DNA of 64,000 nt, taken from Octopus sinensis. Lineage: Eukaryota. Positions 12,187-26,363 of the stretch are shown one piece after another (within the stretch, counting starts at the first letter, position 1; every line of letters begins with the position of its first letter). The notes beneath the pieces are model-generated. The model saw only the letters and a program-made list of their open reading frames with translations. It was not told the DNA's origin and did not search any database. A program made the translations under genes and the position numbers. The DNA lies in assembly GCF_006345805.1 (NCBI RefSeq), contig NC_043020.1:11656001-11720000 (forward strand). The letters are read 5' to 3'.

Positions 12187-13664
12187 TATATATATATATA
12201 TATGATGATGATGATGATATATATATATATATATATAGATAGATAGATAGATAGATGTGTGTATATGTGTGTGTGTGCATATGTATATATGTGTATATAT
12301 ATATGTATATAGGTGTGTATGTGTTTGTGTATACACAAACATATATTATGTGTCTAATATTTTCAACCAAGATGTTACATCTTATTCTTCAACTACTTCA
12401 ATTCTGTGCATGCACATTGATTGCTGATAATTTATTAAAGATTTCCCCATTGTGTTGGTGTGTCCTTTTCTATCATTAATAAAACTGTTGGCTAGAATAT
12501 ATATATATATATATATATTTTACTTGTTTCAGTCATTTGACTGTGGCCATGCTGGAGCACCACCTTTAGTCGAGCAAATCGACCCCGGGACTTATTCTTT
12601 GTAAGCCCAGTACTTATTCTATCGGTCTCTTTTTGCCGAACCGCTAAGTGACGGGGACATAAACACACCAGCATCGGTTGTCAAGCAATGCTAGGGGGAC
12701 AAACACAGACACACAAACACATACACATACACACATATATATATATACATATATACGACAGGCTTCTTTCAGTTTCCGTCTACCAAATCCACTCACAAGG
12801 CATTGGTCGGCCCGAGGCTATAGCAGAAGACACTTGCCCAAGATGCCACGCAGTGGGACTGAACCTGGAATCATGTGGTTGTTTAGCAAGCTACTTACCA
12901 CACAGCCACTCCTCCGCCTATATATATATATATATATTTGATTGATAAGGAATGATTTCAGTGAAGCAGCTTCAGGAAAACACTAAGAAACTGTTAGATA
13001 TGTGAACATCTGCAGACAATGTGCTGTGAAAACGTACATAGGCGCCGGAGTGGCTGTGTGGTAAGTAGCTTGTTTACCAACCACATGGTTCCGGGTTCAG
13101 TCCCACTGCGTGGCACCTTGGGCAAGTGTCTTCTGCTATAGCCCCGGGCCGGCCAAAGCCTTGTGAGTGGATTTGGTAGACGGAAACTGAAAGAAGCCCG
13201 TCGTATATATGTATATATATATGTATGTATGTGTTTGTGTGTCTGTGTTTGTCCCCCTAGCATTGCTTGACAACCGATGCTGGTGTGTTTATGTCCCCAT
13301 TACTTAGCAGTTCGACAAAAGAATAAGTCCCGGGGCCGAATTGCTCGATTAAAGGCGGTGCTCCAGCATGGCTGCAGTCAAATGACTGAAACAACTAAAA
13401 GAGTAAAAGAGTAAATTAGGAACTGACCTATTACAACAATAACCCGAGGAAAAGGGAAACGACCTATTCCAATGTAAATAAACCTTAATTAAGTAAACGA
13501 CTTGCACTTAATCATTGCAATATGTGAGTTTAACCCTTTAGCATTTAAGCAACCAAAATATTCTTCCTGTTTATGTTCATACAGGCTGGATTTGGTCTCT
13601 CACACCTACCCTTTGATGTCATTCTAGAAACAATCACATTATCAGAATCTCAAAGCTATGAGGC

Positions 13665-14015
13665 AATGGAAATTGTAGCTGTGATACCAGTGCCGATGGC
13701 ATGTAAGAGAACCATCCGAACATGGCCATTGCCAGCGCTGCCCCGACTGGCCTCCATGCCGGTGGTACGTAAAATGCATCATCCGATCGTGGCCGTTGCC
13801 AGCCTCGTCTGGCACCTGTGCAGGTGGCACGTAAAAAGCACCCACTACACTCTTGGAGTGGTTGGCGTTAGGAAGGGCATCCAGCCGTAGAAACACTGCC
13901 AGATCAGACTGGAGCCTGGTGCAGCCTTCTGGCTTCTCAGACCCCAGTTGAACCGTCCAACCCATGCTAGCATGGAAAACGGACGTTAAACGATGATGAT
14001 GATGATGATGATGAT
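13665..14015 (+). mobile_element. RTE-LINE 3'UTR copy (representative of ~25-30 5'-truncated copies with a ~61-62-bp internal VNTR and (ATG)n tail)
   Basis: ...GGCACGTAAAAAGCACCCACTACACTC...AGGAAGGGCATCCAGCCGTAGAAAC...GGACGTTAAACGATGATGATG; the same UTR is contiguous with RTE ORF2 ends at 31375-32035 and 50105-50532. Confidence 0.85.
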
Positions 14016-15959
14016 GATATATATATATATTCTAGCCAACAGTTTTATTATCTCTCATTATTTTCTATCATTAATAAAACTGTTGGCTAGAATATATATA
14101 TTCTAGATTTCCACAATGGGTGAAATTTTTAATAAATTATCAGCAATCAATGTGCATGCACAGAATTGAAGGAGTTGAAGAATAACATGTAACATCTTGG
14201 TTGAAAATATTAGACACATAATATATGTTTGCGTATACACAAACACATACACACCTATATACATATATATACACACATATATACACATGCACACACACAC
14301 ACACAGATACATATAGACACATATATACATATGCACACACACACATATACACACATCTATCTCTATATATATATATATATATCATCATCATCATCATCGT
14401 TTTGGGTCCGCTTTCCATGCTAGCATGGGTTGGACGGTTCAACTGGGGTCTGGGAAGCCAGAAGGCTGCACCAGGCCCAGTCTGATCTGGTAATGTTTCT
14501 ACGGCTGGATGCCCTTCCTAACGCCAACCACTCCGTGAGTGTAATGGGTGCTTTTACGTGCCACCAGCACAGGTGCCAGATGAGGCTGGCAAACAGCCAC
14601 GATCGGATTGGTGCTTTTTATGTGCCACCGGCACGGGGGCCAGGCAGGGCTGGCAACGGCCACGATTGGATGGTGCTTTTTACGTACCACCGGCACAAGG
14701 CCAGTCGGGGCAGCGCTGGCAATATATATATATATATATATATATATATCTGAGACATTTAGAAATTCAATATTTCTAATTTTGGTAACCAGTGAATAAA
14801 TTTCACTGAAAATATTATATATTTGCAAAGCGGTCGTTGCGATCTCAGCTAGCAGGACTTACTACCCTGGACTGATGATGGGCAAGACCCGGAAACATGT
14901 CTCCAGGTGATAATCTTAGTTGGCGGGGGTGCTTGCCTCTCCTTTGCAAATATAAGGACACAGGAAATGTGTCAAAGCCGACAGTTGAGGGCGGTGAGCT
15001 GGCAGAAACGTTAGCACGCCGGGCAAAATGCTTAGCAGTATTTCGTCTTCCGCTACGTTCTCAGTTCAAATTCCACCAAGGTTGACTTTGCCTTTCATCC
15101 TTTCGGGGTCGATTAAATAAGTACCAGTTACGCACTGGGGTCGATGTAATCGACTTAATCCGTTTGTTTGTCCTCTCTGTGTTTAGACCCTTGTGGACAA
15201 TAAAGAAATAGGTATTTCCTCTGCTGCTACGTTCTGAGTTCAAATTCCACCGAGGTCGACTTTGCCTTTCATCCTTTCGGGGTCGATTAAATAAGTACCA
15301 GTTACGCACTGGGGTTGATATAATCAACTTAATCCGTTCGTCTGTCCTTGTTTGTCCTCTCTGTGTTTAGCCCCTTGTGGGTAGTAAAGAAATAGGTATT
15401 TCACTCGTTGCTATGTACTGAGTTCAAATTCCACCAAGATTGACTTTGCCTTTCATCCTTTTGGGGTTGATAAAGTAAATACCAGTTGAGTACTGGGGTT
15501 GATGTAATCGACTCACCCTCTCCCCCAAAATTTGAAACCATTATTGTTATTATTATTATTATTATTATTTCATTTATGCATAACATAACTGTTGGTAACA
15601 ATTCCTAACACTGAGCTACAAAAGTAACATTAGACGTCAAGAACCTTCTTAAGTATCTTAGCTGTCCCTAATAATACTGTTTTCTGGAGTGGCACTAAGC
15701 TAGGTTTTATACATATTTTTTCTATCCATCTGTTCAAATCTTTAGAGATAGTTCCAATTGCACCTATAACTACAGTGATACATTTTACCCACACTTTCAT
15801 AGCTTCTGTAACTCAATGCTTCAGTCTTGGTACTTTGCTATTTTTCTGTACCCCTCATATTTATTTTATTTTTATTTTATCTAGTTTAAGCTCACGAGTT
15901 GTGGCCATGCTAGGGCACCGCCATTTGGTGTTGCTACATGATTTTACTTCACCGATTGC

Positions 15960-16560
15960 TTTTTAGCAATTGCCATTTGGTGCATGAGAGAGTTCAATGC
16001 AGCTGCCCTCATCTGCATCTCCTGCCATGAAGTTGGTTCATCTGGGACACCTGACAGGAAGAGATCCAGTTTTATTTTAAAGACATCTGCATCCACCCCA
16101 TGCCGGTCTCTCAGGTTCTTCGGGAGGATATTGAAGAGCTGTGGGCCTCTGAAGCCCAGACTATCACAGTATCTCGTCATATTGACATTTTCATCATCTG
16201 GGACTTTAAAGGCACTTTCTAGTCTACAACTACTAAACCAGGCCTTCTAGCTTCTGTTACTCTGAATGTTAAAACCCCACATCTTATATTTCTTACTTTC
16301 TAGCACTTTACTAGGATCATGTTCATACCAGCTATCAATACAGTCAAATCCTAGCTTTCTGCATAACTCCGTGATTTATTCTTCCTAGGTTGGCCTGTCT
16401 TTTCTTGTATTGTTTCTGTGCCATCATTCTACATTCACTAACTGCATGAGTAACACTATCTTTCTTTGATTTACATTACCTACATTGGGAATCTACCCGA
16501 TTTTTGCCTATCATAGCTTTTATCCTGTTAGTCCTCAATGCCTGATTTTGTGCTGTTACT
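15960..16560 (-). mobile_element. CR1-type LINE ORF2 3' fragment (decayed)
   Basis: RYCDSLGFRGPQLFNILPKNLRDRHGVDADVFKIKLDLFLSGVPDEP...AAALNSLMHQ is a typical CR1 RT C-terminus; stops occur upstream. Confidence 0.75.
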
Positions 16561-19500
16561 AACAAACTGTTTCCTTTTTCAGCCTTTCCAGTTAGTCTTC
16601 AATGCCTGATTTTGTGCTGTTACTAACAAACTGTTTCCTTTTTGCAGCCACAACCATGTCTTACTATTTTCTGTTTGTTTTGATGTGAAGAGTAAAAAAA
16701 TTGACCTTGTTTGCAAAACATTTTGAACCTGAGTTTGCACTCCCAAAGCAAATTTCATTCTCACTTTTGTGAAGGCCACCTCATTATTGTAGGCTATGTA
16801 AGTCTACTTTATCTAATTTGCTTTCTGTTTCTATGACAGTGAGGTGTGATCCTACTATTTCTAAGTTTGAGAGACTATGTACAAGGCTTTGAAGAGGGGG
16901 ATTCAGCCAATACAGCAGTCTAAGACCTGGAGTGTTTAGGAAATGCTTGTGAATATCTAATTGGCCCCTACCTAAAAAATTTAAAAAATAATAGAAATTT
17001 CAAAAAAACAGTCCTCCACCTTGAATTTCAAGAGGGTTCTCCTCCTCTCCTAGATAAACCTAAGAGTGGCCTGCCTTACCTTGTAAACTCTCTCTTCTGA
17101 CTATATATCATCCCCTCCTTTTTACTCAGCGTTGAAATAATGGATCAATTATTTTGACATGGCATTTCATTTCAGAGCATATTTATTTTATTTCCGTTTT
17201 TAATTATATACACCGTGTTAATTACTTTTTATAAGATGTATTGCTTTTAAATCAATGGAAATTATAGCTGTGATACCAGTGCCGGTGGCATGTAAGGGAA
17301 CCATCTGAACGTGGCCGTTGCCAGCGCCGCCACGACTGGCCTCCGTGCTGCTGGCACATAAAAAGCACCATCCGATTGTGGCCGTTGCCAGCCTCGCCTG
17401 GCACCTGTGCAGGTGGCACATAAAAAGCACCCATTACACTCTCAAGCTGTAGAAACACTGCCAGATCAGACTGGGCCTGGCGCAGCCTTCTGGCTTCCCA
17501 GACCCCAGGTGAACCGTCCAACCCATGCCAGCATGGAAAATGGACGTTAAACGATGATGATGAATAGAAGATGAAAACGAGATGGTTCTAAAATGACATC
17601 GACCATCTCCTGAATCTGAGTATGCACTGAAGTAAAAGTTCAAAACTCAGAAGCGTAAATTCTTTGAAATGGCGCCAGAATATGAGGTGCCAGGTGTACG
17701 ACAACATAAGTAAATTCGTGATTGCTCAAAAATGAAATGACACATCATCATCATCATCATCGTTTAACATCCGCTTTCCATGCTAGCATGGGTTGGATGG
17801 TTCAACTGGGGTCTGGGAAGCCAGAAGGTTGCACCAGGCCCAGTCTGATCTGGCAGTGTTTCTACAGCAGGATGCCCTTCCTAACGCCAACCACTCCGTG
17901 AGTGTAGTGGGTGCTTTTTACGTGCCAGGCGAAGCTGGCAAATGGCCACGATCGGATGGTGCTTTTTACGTGTCACCAGCACAGGTGCCAGACGAAGCTG
18001 GCAACGGCCATGGTCAGATGGTGCTTTTTACATGCCACCGGCACGGAAGCCAGTCAGGGCGGCGCTGGCTACAGCCACATTCGGATGGTTCTCCTACGTG
18101 CCACCGGCACTGGTATCAACAAATAAACTCATTTGAGTGCTAAAATTAAAAGTTAATTTTGACCAAGTATACTCATCTGGTTTCTAAAAAGATACATCTG
18201 CAATGCACGAGTAAACTCGGGATAATCCATTGAAGGATTAATTAAACTGATTTTCAATTCATGGAAAAAACAAACAATAATAGCAATATGACAAAACAAC
18301 AAACAACCACAAAATTAGAACTTAAAATAAACTTTATATACAGAACGGAGTAAATTGTTTGAGTACAATATAAAACAGTGGTGGATTTTATTTCATACAG
18401 TTAGTCATTGCAAGGGCTTGGAGAGACCAATATGGTCTGAATGATCAGTGACCAGAGGGAGCAGTAAAATCTCCCTCCCATCACACACTACTGTTTAAAA
18501 TAAAGGAAGGACACATCAGATGATGTAGTCTTAGATACACCATATCTGAAAAAAATGGAAGAATAATCATGGCTAGGAAACTTTAATTATGGGCGCAGGA
18601 GTGGCTGTGTGGTAAGTAGCTTGCTTACCAACCACGTGGTTCCGGGTTCAGTCCCACTGCATGGCACCTTGGGCAAGTGTCTTCTACTATAGCCTCGGGC
18701 TGACCAAAGCCTTGTGAGTGGATTTGGTAGACGGAAACTGAAAGAAGCCTGTCGTATATATTTATATGTATATATATATATGTATATATATATATGTGTT
18801 TGTGTGTCTGTGTTTGTCACCCCCAACATCACTTGACAACCGATGCTGGCGTGTTTACGTCCCCGTCACTTGGCGGTTCGGCAAAAGTGACCGATAGAAT
18901 AAGTACTGGGCTTACATAAGAATAAGTCCCGGGGTCGATTTGCTCGACTAAAGGCGGTGCACCAGCATGGCTGCAGTCAAATGACTGAAACAAGTAAAAG
19001 AGTATATGTATGTCTGATCAGATTGACACTTAGCTAAACGACAACAACAACAACATGCATATCTGTACAATAGAAAGAGTGGCAGGTATAATCTGTAGAA
19101 TAGATTGGATGACCAGCAGAATCTGTACACAACGAATGACCAGCAGGTTATGTACAATGAATAACCGGTTATACTATGTAAAATGAAATCACCATTAAAA
19201 TGGTACTTGCTCTAGTTGTGACCAGTCACACTGAATGCTGTAATGAGTAACCAATGAGGTAATGTGGCGTGGCTCGAGCAGTCCAGCTACAGAGGACTTT
19301 GTTGCAGATGACCAGTTCGATAATGTAAGCAGTGTCGATTGATCGATCAAACTGCAGAGAATCCTGTTCAAACTGACCAGTTGAATGATGCGGTGTTGTA
19401 GGTTGACTGATCCAACCACTAATTGTGGATGACCAGATGGATGACTAAATGTAATAAAGATAATTATGTACAAACTGAATGACCAGCAATATCAAGGTGG

Positions 19501-20760
19501 GTGTGGGGGTTAGTTGATATATATTTCTTTACTGCCCACAAGGGGCTAAACATAGAGGGGACAAACAAGGATAAAGGAATCACAATGACCCCAGTTGCAA
19601 AACTGGTACTTTATTTATCGACCCCGAAAGGATGAAAGGCAAAGTCGACCTTGGCGGAATTTGAACTCAGAACATAACGACAGACTATCCAACGAAATAC
19701 CGCTAAACATTTCGCCCGGCGCGCTAACGTTTCTGCCAGCTCGCCACCTTTAGTTGATATATATACTAACCCACCCCACATCGGTGTGCCTTATGTGTGG
19801 ATAAAACCAAAATTTCCCCCCAAAATTTGGCCCTGTGGCTTAAATACCGATGCGTTCTATAGACCGGAAAATACAGTACTAGAGGCCAAAAGAGACTCTC
19901 TATAACTTTCCGTTTGAGTAAACTATAAAGAAAGTCAACCCACAGCAGTAATATTGATTTCAAATTTTGGCACAAGGCCAGCAAATTCTGGGGAGAAAGG
20001 AGTTGACTACATCAACCCCAGTGCATAACTGCTGCTTTGCTTATTTTATCGACCCCAAAAGGATGAAAGGCAAAGTCGACCATGGCAGAATTTGAACTCA
20101 GAATGTAAAGATGGACAAAAATTTGCTAAGCACTTTGCCAGGTGTGTTAACAATCCTGCCACATTGCTGCCCTAATTCACAACAGTAATATTGCTATAAC
20201 TAATTCCATTCCTCCAAATCTCAAATCTGAATTTCCTATCAATGAACGAATGACTTCTACTTATACACTGATCGTCTTTCTACTTGGGTAATCCACTCCA
20301 TTATTGTAATAAAATATGATACATGGTACAGTGACTGCTCAGATCACTAAATAGAAATTTCAAAAACCCACTATGATTGGGAGACAGGCCTAACTAATCG
20401 ATACCTATGTAGAATCAGAGACCTGTATGACAGTACATGGTTGATAGGCCTAACTAGCCGATGTCTAGGTAGAACAAGGATCCCAAAGACACTTGAAAGA
20501 AGATAGACATAGAGAAATGCTGAGAAGGAGAGAGAGAGAGAGAGAGAGAGGATAAAGATAAGTATGGAAGATGTAGCAGGCTGTCGCTATGTGGTGTTGT
20601 CAGTTCAATCAGCTGCTCCTAGAGATGTCTACCACAGCAACAAACCACCACATGTAGAACATGTAGCATACTGTCTTCCCCATGTGCAGTCTGTGTGTCG
20701 AGGGAGCTAATCTTTCTCCATTCTTCCTTTTTCTGATGCCAACAAAACACTTGTAGACAT

Positions 20761-20895
20761 TTAATAGTGTTCAGAGACATTGCCAACATATTCGCTGATG
20801 CTATCATAGTCCATCTTGATTATGGTGTCTTGTTCCCCGACCAGCTGGAGCGTGGCCTCACATTTGGATTTGTCTTTCTTCAACACTTCACCAAC
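20761..20895 (-). CDS. GPKOW: GPKOW exon 11 (terminal, stop TAA at 20763-20761)
   Basis: TGTAG| VGEVLKKDKSKCEATLQLVGEQDTIIKMDYDSISEYVGNVSEHY*; corresponds to the human C-terminus ...VELHYDAICQYMG. Confidence 0.93.
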   Translation of the reverse strand, partial: VGEVLKKDKSKCEATLQLVGEQDTIIKMDYDSISEYVGNVSEHY

Positions 20896-21852
20896 CTACA
20901 GAGAAACAAACAACAAAAATATTACAACTCAAGGTTTTCTTGTTTTCTGTTTTTTTTATAAATTGTTTTTCTTCTTCTCCCTCCTCTCATCATCATCATC
21001 ATTTAGCGTCCTCTTTCCATGATAGCATGGGTTGGACGGTTCAACTGGGATCTGGGAAGCCAGAAGGCTGCACCAGGCTCCAGTCTGATCTGGCAATGTT
21101 TCTACAGCTAGATGCCCTTCCTAACACCAACCACACCGTGAGTGTAGTGGGTGCTTTTTACGTGCCACCGGCACAGGTGCCAGTGGAGGCTGATAAACGC
21201 CCACAATCGGATGGTGCTTTTTACATGCCACTGGCACGGAGGCCAGACGAGGCTGGCAACGCCCACAATCAGATGGTGCTTTTTACATGCCACCGGCACA
21301 GAGGCCAGACGAGGCTGGCAACGCCCACAATCGGATGGTGCTTTTTACGTGTCAGGCGGGGCTGGCAATGGTTAAATTCATGAGTGAAGAGAGTTTAAAA
21401 TTTCAGACTGGGTCTTCACACAATTAATCCCTTTGTTGCCATATTTCTGCTGAAATACACTTTCATCATCATCATCATCAACATCATCATAATTCAACAT
21501 CCGTTTTCCATGCTGGCATGGGATGGACGATTTTACAGGAGCTGTTATGGTCAGGAGTCGAACCAGGCTCTACTGCCCGTTTTAGCTTGGTTTCTACAGC
21601 TGAATGCCCTTCCTAACACCAACAAACTGTTTCAGTTAATTTGACAAATAATGAAACATTTAGTAAAATAACTTTGTAAAATAGGCTGTGTGGTAAGTAG
21701 CTTGCTAACCAACCACATGGTTCCGGGTTCAGGCCCACTGCGTGGCATCTTGGGCAAGTGTCTTCTGCTATAGCCCCGGGCCAACCAATGCCTTGTGAGT
21801 GGATTTGGTAGACAGAAACTGAAAGAAGCCTGTCGTATATATGTGTGTGTGG

Positions 21853-21892
<40 letters not shown>

Positions 21893-23844
21893 TTGTGTGT
21901 CTGTATTTGTCCCCCTAGCATTGCTTGACAACCGATGCTGGTGTGTTTATGTCCCCGTCACTTAGCGGTTCGGCAAAAGAAACCGATAGAATAAGTACTG
22001 GGCTTACAAAGAATAAGTCCCGGGGTCGATTTGCTCGACTAAAGGCGGTGCTCCAGCATGGCCGCAGTCAAATGACTGAAACAAGTAAAAGAGTAAAGCT
22101 GGTGCTTGGAACATATACGACCATGAAAATTATTAACCTGAATACCCTAACCACAAAGCCACTAGTTACACAAAGTTATAAGCAACAACTTGCAAGAGAA
22201 AAGAAATTCCACTGTAAAACAAGAAGTTTCTATCACAGAACCAGGGGTGGTCTCAGGCAGATTGGTATCATAAAGGTTGATAAATTTAACCCTTTAGCGT
22301 TCAAATTAATCTGCCAAATGCAATGCTTATTTGTTTACATTGTTTTGAATGAGTGTGATCATCACCAGCGTCACCTTACTGGCATTTGTGCCGGTGGGCA
22401 GGTGACACATAAAAAAAACACGATTGTTTTCGTAGCCATTGCCAGTGCCACGTAAAAGTACCTGCTACATTCTCGGAGTGGTTGGCATTAGGAAGGGCAT
22501 CCAGCTGTAGAAACTCTGCCAGATCAAGATTGGAGCCTGGTGCAGCCATCTGGTTCGCCAGACCTCAGTCAAATCGTCCAACCCATGATAGCATGGAAAG
22601 CGGACGTTAAACGATGATGATGATGCATTATCTCATAGCTTTGGGATTTTGATGATGTGATTGTTTATTTTCAGAATTACATTGTAGGGTAAGTGCGAGA
22701 GGCCAGATGTGGTCTGTTTGAACATATAACAGGGAGAATATAAGGGGCAGGTGTGGCTGGTTTAAATGATAAAGGGTTAAAAAGGAAAAAAGAAAATAAA
22801 CAAACTGAATATAAAATAATGGTGGTACATAAAAAGCACCATTCGAGCGTGATCGTTGCCAGCGTCGCCAACTGGCACATGAAAAACTATTCAAGTGAGG
22901 TCGTTGCTGGACGGATTCCTGTGCAGGTGGCACATAAAAAAACACCATTTGAGCGTGGACATTGCCAGTACCACTTGACTGGCCCTCGTGCTGGTGGCAC
23001 GTAAAAGCACCCACTACACTCTTGGAGTGGCTGGCGTTAGGAAGGGCATCCAGCTGTAGAAACTCTGCCAGATCAAGATTGGAGTCTGGTGCAGCCATCT
23101 GGTTCGCCAGACCTCAGTCAAATCGTCCAACCCATGATAGCATGGAAAGCGGACGTTAAACGATGATGATGATGCATTATCTCTCAGCTTTGGGATTTTG
23201 ATGATGTGATTGTTTATTTTCAGAATTACATTGTAGGGTAAGTGCGAGAGGCCAGATGTGGTCTGTTTGAACATAAAACAGGGAGAATATAAAGGGCAGG
23301 TGTGGCTGGTTTAAATGATAAGGGGTTAAAAAGGAAAAAAGAAAATAAACAAACTGAATATAAAATAATGGTGGCACGTAAAAAGCACCATTTGAGCGAG
23401 ATCGTTACCAGAGTCGCATTATTGGCACTTGTGACAGTGGCACGTGAAAAAACATTCGAGCGAGGTCATTGCCAGTGCAAGAACAGGACCCTAAAACAAT
23501 GTGATTAACTGTGACAGAATGACATAAAATCATCATCATCGTCTAACGTCCGTTCTCCATGCTAGCATGGGTTGGACGGTTCGACCGGGGATCTGGGAAG
23601 CCAGAAAGCTGCACCAGGCTCCGGTCTTATCTGGCAATGTTTCTACAGCTGGATGCCCTTCCTAACGCCAACCACTCCGTGAGTGTTGTAGGTGTTTGTA
23701 GTAGCAGTACAAACAAGCAAAGACAGGAGACAGCAGATCTGTGGGTCAGAGGTCAGAGGGTGTTGACAAACAACTTGATGCCTATCAATCAGGAGGCAAT
23801 TTTTGTTTGTATGTATAAAATGTGACATGAGAAATTATTATTAC

Positions 23845-23930
23845 CTGTCCTTTGTATTTGCCACTGAGAATCATCACAAAACCTGGACTGTCCTTTGGAA
23901 TAACAGTTTCCAACATCCGCTGGCTAATTT
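23845..23930 (-). CDS. GPKOW: GPKOW exon 10 (second KOW region)
   Basis: CCAG| (E)ISQRMLETVIPKDSPGFVMILSGKYKGQ |GTAATA; phase 1->0; human LREDMLETLVPK. Confidence 0.93.
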
Positions 23931-24013
23931 CTGGAAGGCAAGAAATGCATCAGTTAATACAGAGTTCAAGGAGAAGGGAAACTACTCTTAGAAGGCCATA
24001 GCAGATCCTAAAC

Positions 24014-24301
24014 TAGTGGCTCTCAACCATTTTATACCTAGGATCCCGTTGGTTCTAATTTTACTCAGGTGGACCCCCAATAGTCATTTAATGTTAAAAT
24101 GTCCTATACTCTTTTACTTGTTTCAGTCATTTGACTGTGGCCATGCTGGAGCACCGCTTTTTAGTCGAGCAAATCGACCCCGGGACTTATTCTATCGGTC
24201 TCTTTTTGTCGAACCGCTAAGTAACGGGGACGTAAACACACCAGCATCGGTTGTCAAGCGATGTTGGGGGGGGACAAACACAGACACACAAACCCCCACA
24301 T

Positions 24302-24356
<55 letters not shown>

Positions 24357-24673
24357 TACGACAGGCTTCTTTCAGTTTCCATCAACCAAATCCACTCACA
24401 AGGCTTTGGTCGGCCCGGGGCTATAGCAGAAGACACTTACCCAAGATGCCACGCAGTGGGACTGAACCCGGAACCATGTGGTTGGTTAGCAAGCTACTTA
24501 CCGCACAGCCACTCCTGCGCCTATGTGTTTTTTTTATAACTAAATATTATTAGGAATTGTATAAAAACAATATTTGGTGTATTGGAGAAGTATAAGCAAT
24601 TAAATATACAAACTTTAACAACAAAATCTTACAAGGACCACCAAGGGCCATGTGGACCCTGGTTGAGAACCAG
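24014..24673. mobile_element. hAT (Charlie-like) MITE with a nested SINE (~24105-24522)
   Basis: Perfect 8-bp TSD TCCTAAAC at 24006-24013 and 24674-24681; termini TAGTGGCTCTCAACC / GGTTGAGAACCAG. Confidence 0.8.
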
Positions 24674-25373
24674 TCCTAAACTGTGGTTTATAGACTGTGC
24701 AGGTCCAGAACTAGATGAAACAGGGTAAAATAGGAGTGTTTCTAAAGGCGGCGAGCTGGCAGAAAGGTTAGCATGCCAGGCGAAATGCTTAGTGGTATTT
24801 CGTCTGTCGTTACGTTCTGAGTTCAAATTCCGCCGTGGTCGACTTTGCCTTTCATCCTTTTGGGGTTGATAAATTAAGTACCAGTTACGCACTGGGGTCA
24901 ATGTAATCGACTTAATCCCTTTGTCTGTCCTTGTTTGTCCCCTCTATGTTTAGCCCCTTGTGGGCAATAAAGAAATAGGTATTTCGTCTGCTGTTAAGTT
25001 CTGAGTTCAAATTCCGCCGAGGTCGACTTTGCTTTGCATCCTTTCGGGGGTTGATAAATTAAGTACCAGTTACGCACTGGGGTCGATGTAATCGACTTAA
25101 TCCCTATGTCTGTCCTTGTTTGTATGTTCAGTGACCACATAGAGAGGCTCACTTGTTTTTCATAGGAACATTACTATATTATGGTACAGCACTACTCACA
25201 CACATTGTACTTTGTACCACCAATTTCTTATTATTTAAGAAGTTAATCTTCAGAAGACTACAACCATATCCAGGGGCTGACGTACCTCTAACCCTAATAC
25301 CAACTAAACCAGTCATTCATTGTACATTATTCAAACGTTTTTTTTTTCTTGAAACTACACCAAGATTACTCAC

Positions 25374-25443
25374 CTTCCAGTAATCTCCCCTCGTCCGTTT
25401 TACAAATACAATTCTCCTTTGAGAGGATGTCTTCAACAACTAC
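25374..25443 (-). CDS. GPKOW: GPKOW exon 9
   Basis: TACAG| VVVEDILSKENCICKTDEGRLLE |GTGAGT; phase 0->1; human MIIEDVLSPDTCVCRTDEGRVLE. Confidence 0.95.
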
Positions 25444-25445
25444 CT

Positions 25446-25489
25446 GTAATAATAATAATGACAATAATAATAATAATGATGATAACAAC

Positions 25490-25527
<38 letters not shown>

Positions 25528-25617
25528 CAATAATAATGATAGTAATAGTAATAATAATTATAATAATAATAATAATAATAGTAATATTAATAATTAATAA
25601 TAATAATAATAATAGTA

Positions 25618-25648
<31 letters not shown>

Positions 25649-25722
25649 TAGTAATAATAATAATAATAGTAATAGTAATGATAATAATAATAGTAATAAT
25701 AATAATAATAATAATAGTAATG

Positions 25723-25784
<62 letters not shown>

Positions 25785-25786
25785 AA

Positions 25787-25819
<33 letters not shown>
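25446..25819. repeat. (AAT)n microsatellite, ~370 bp, abutting the exon 9 acceptor
   Basis: Direct reading; occasional AGT/AAC/GAT variant units. Confidence 0.97.
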
Positions 25820-26051
25820 CCTTTGTACTGAAAACACAAGGCCTGATACGTAGATAGACTTACCTCAACAAAATCTATCAAATCTATGCAGGCATGGAAA
25901 AGAGGATGTTAAATGATGATGATGATAATAATGATGATGATAATCTTCTTTCAGTTTCTACCTACTAACACACACACACACACACACACAGGTATACATC
26001 GTTATTATGTATGAGTAATCATGTATTTACATGGATATAAATGTGACTTAC

Positions 26052-26148
26052 CTTGCTTTTGTAGTATTTCCCCTTTTTGTATGATTTGTCAATGATTCTG
26101 ACCCTGATTTGGGGTCGCAGCCAAATAGAACTGCTACCATTAGTGCTC
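26052..26148 (-). CDS. GPKOW: GPKOW exon 8
   Basis: CTCAG| (R)STNGSSSIWLRPQIRVRIIDKSYKKGKYYKSK |GTAAGT; phase 2->0; human [25 protein letters not shown]. Confidence 0.95.
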
Positions 26149-26328
26149 CTGAGGAAAGAAAGAAAAGAAAAAAAACTAACACTTTCAATAAAATATATAT
26201 ATATATACATACGTACATATGTATGTATGTATGTACGTAAGCATGCATATTATTTTGCTAAGGCATAATGATACTAATAACCTGGTGTTAGTAGTTAATA
26301 TATATACACTTCAGAACAAAGGCTTTTC

Positions 26329-26363
<35 letters not shown>

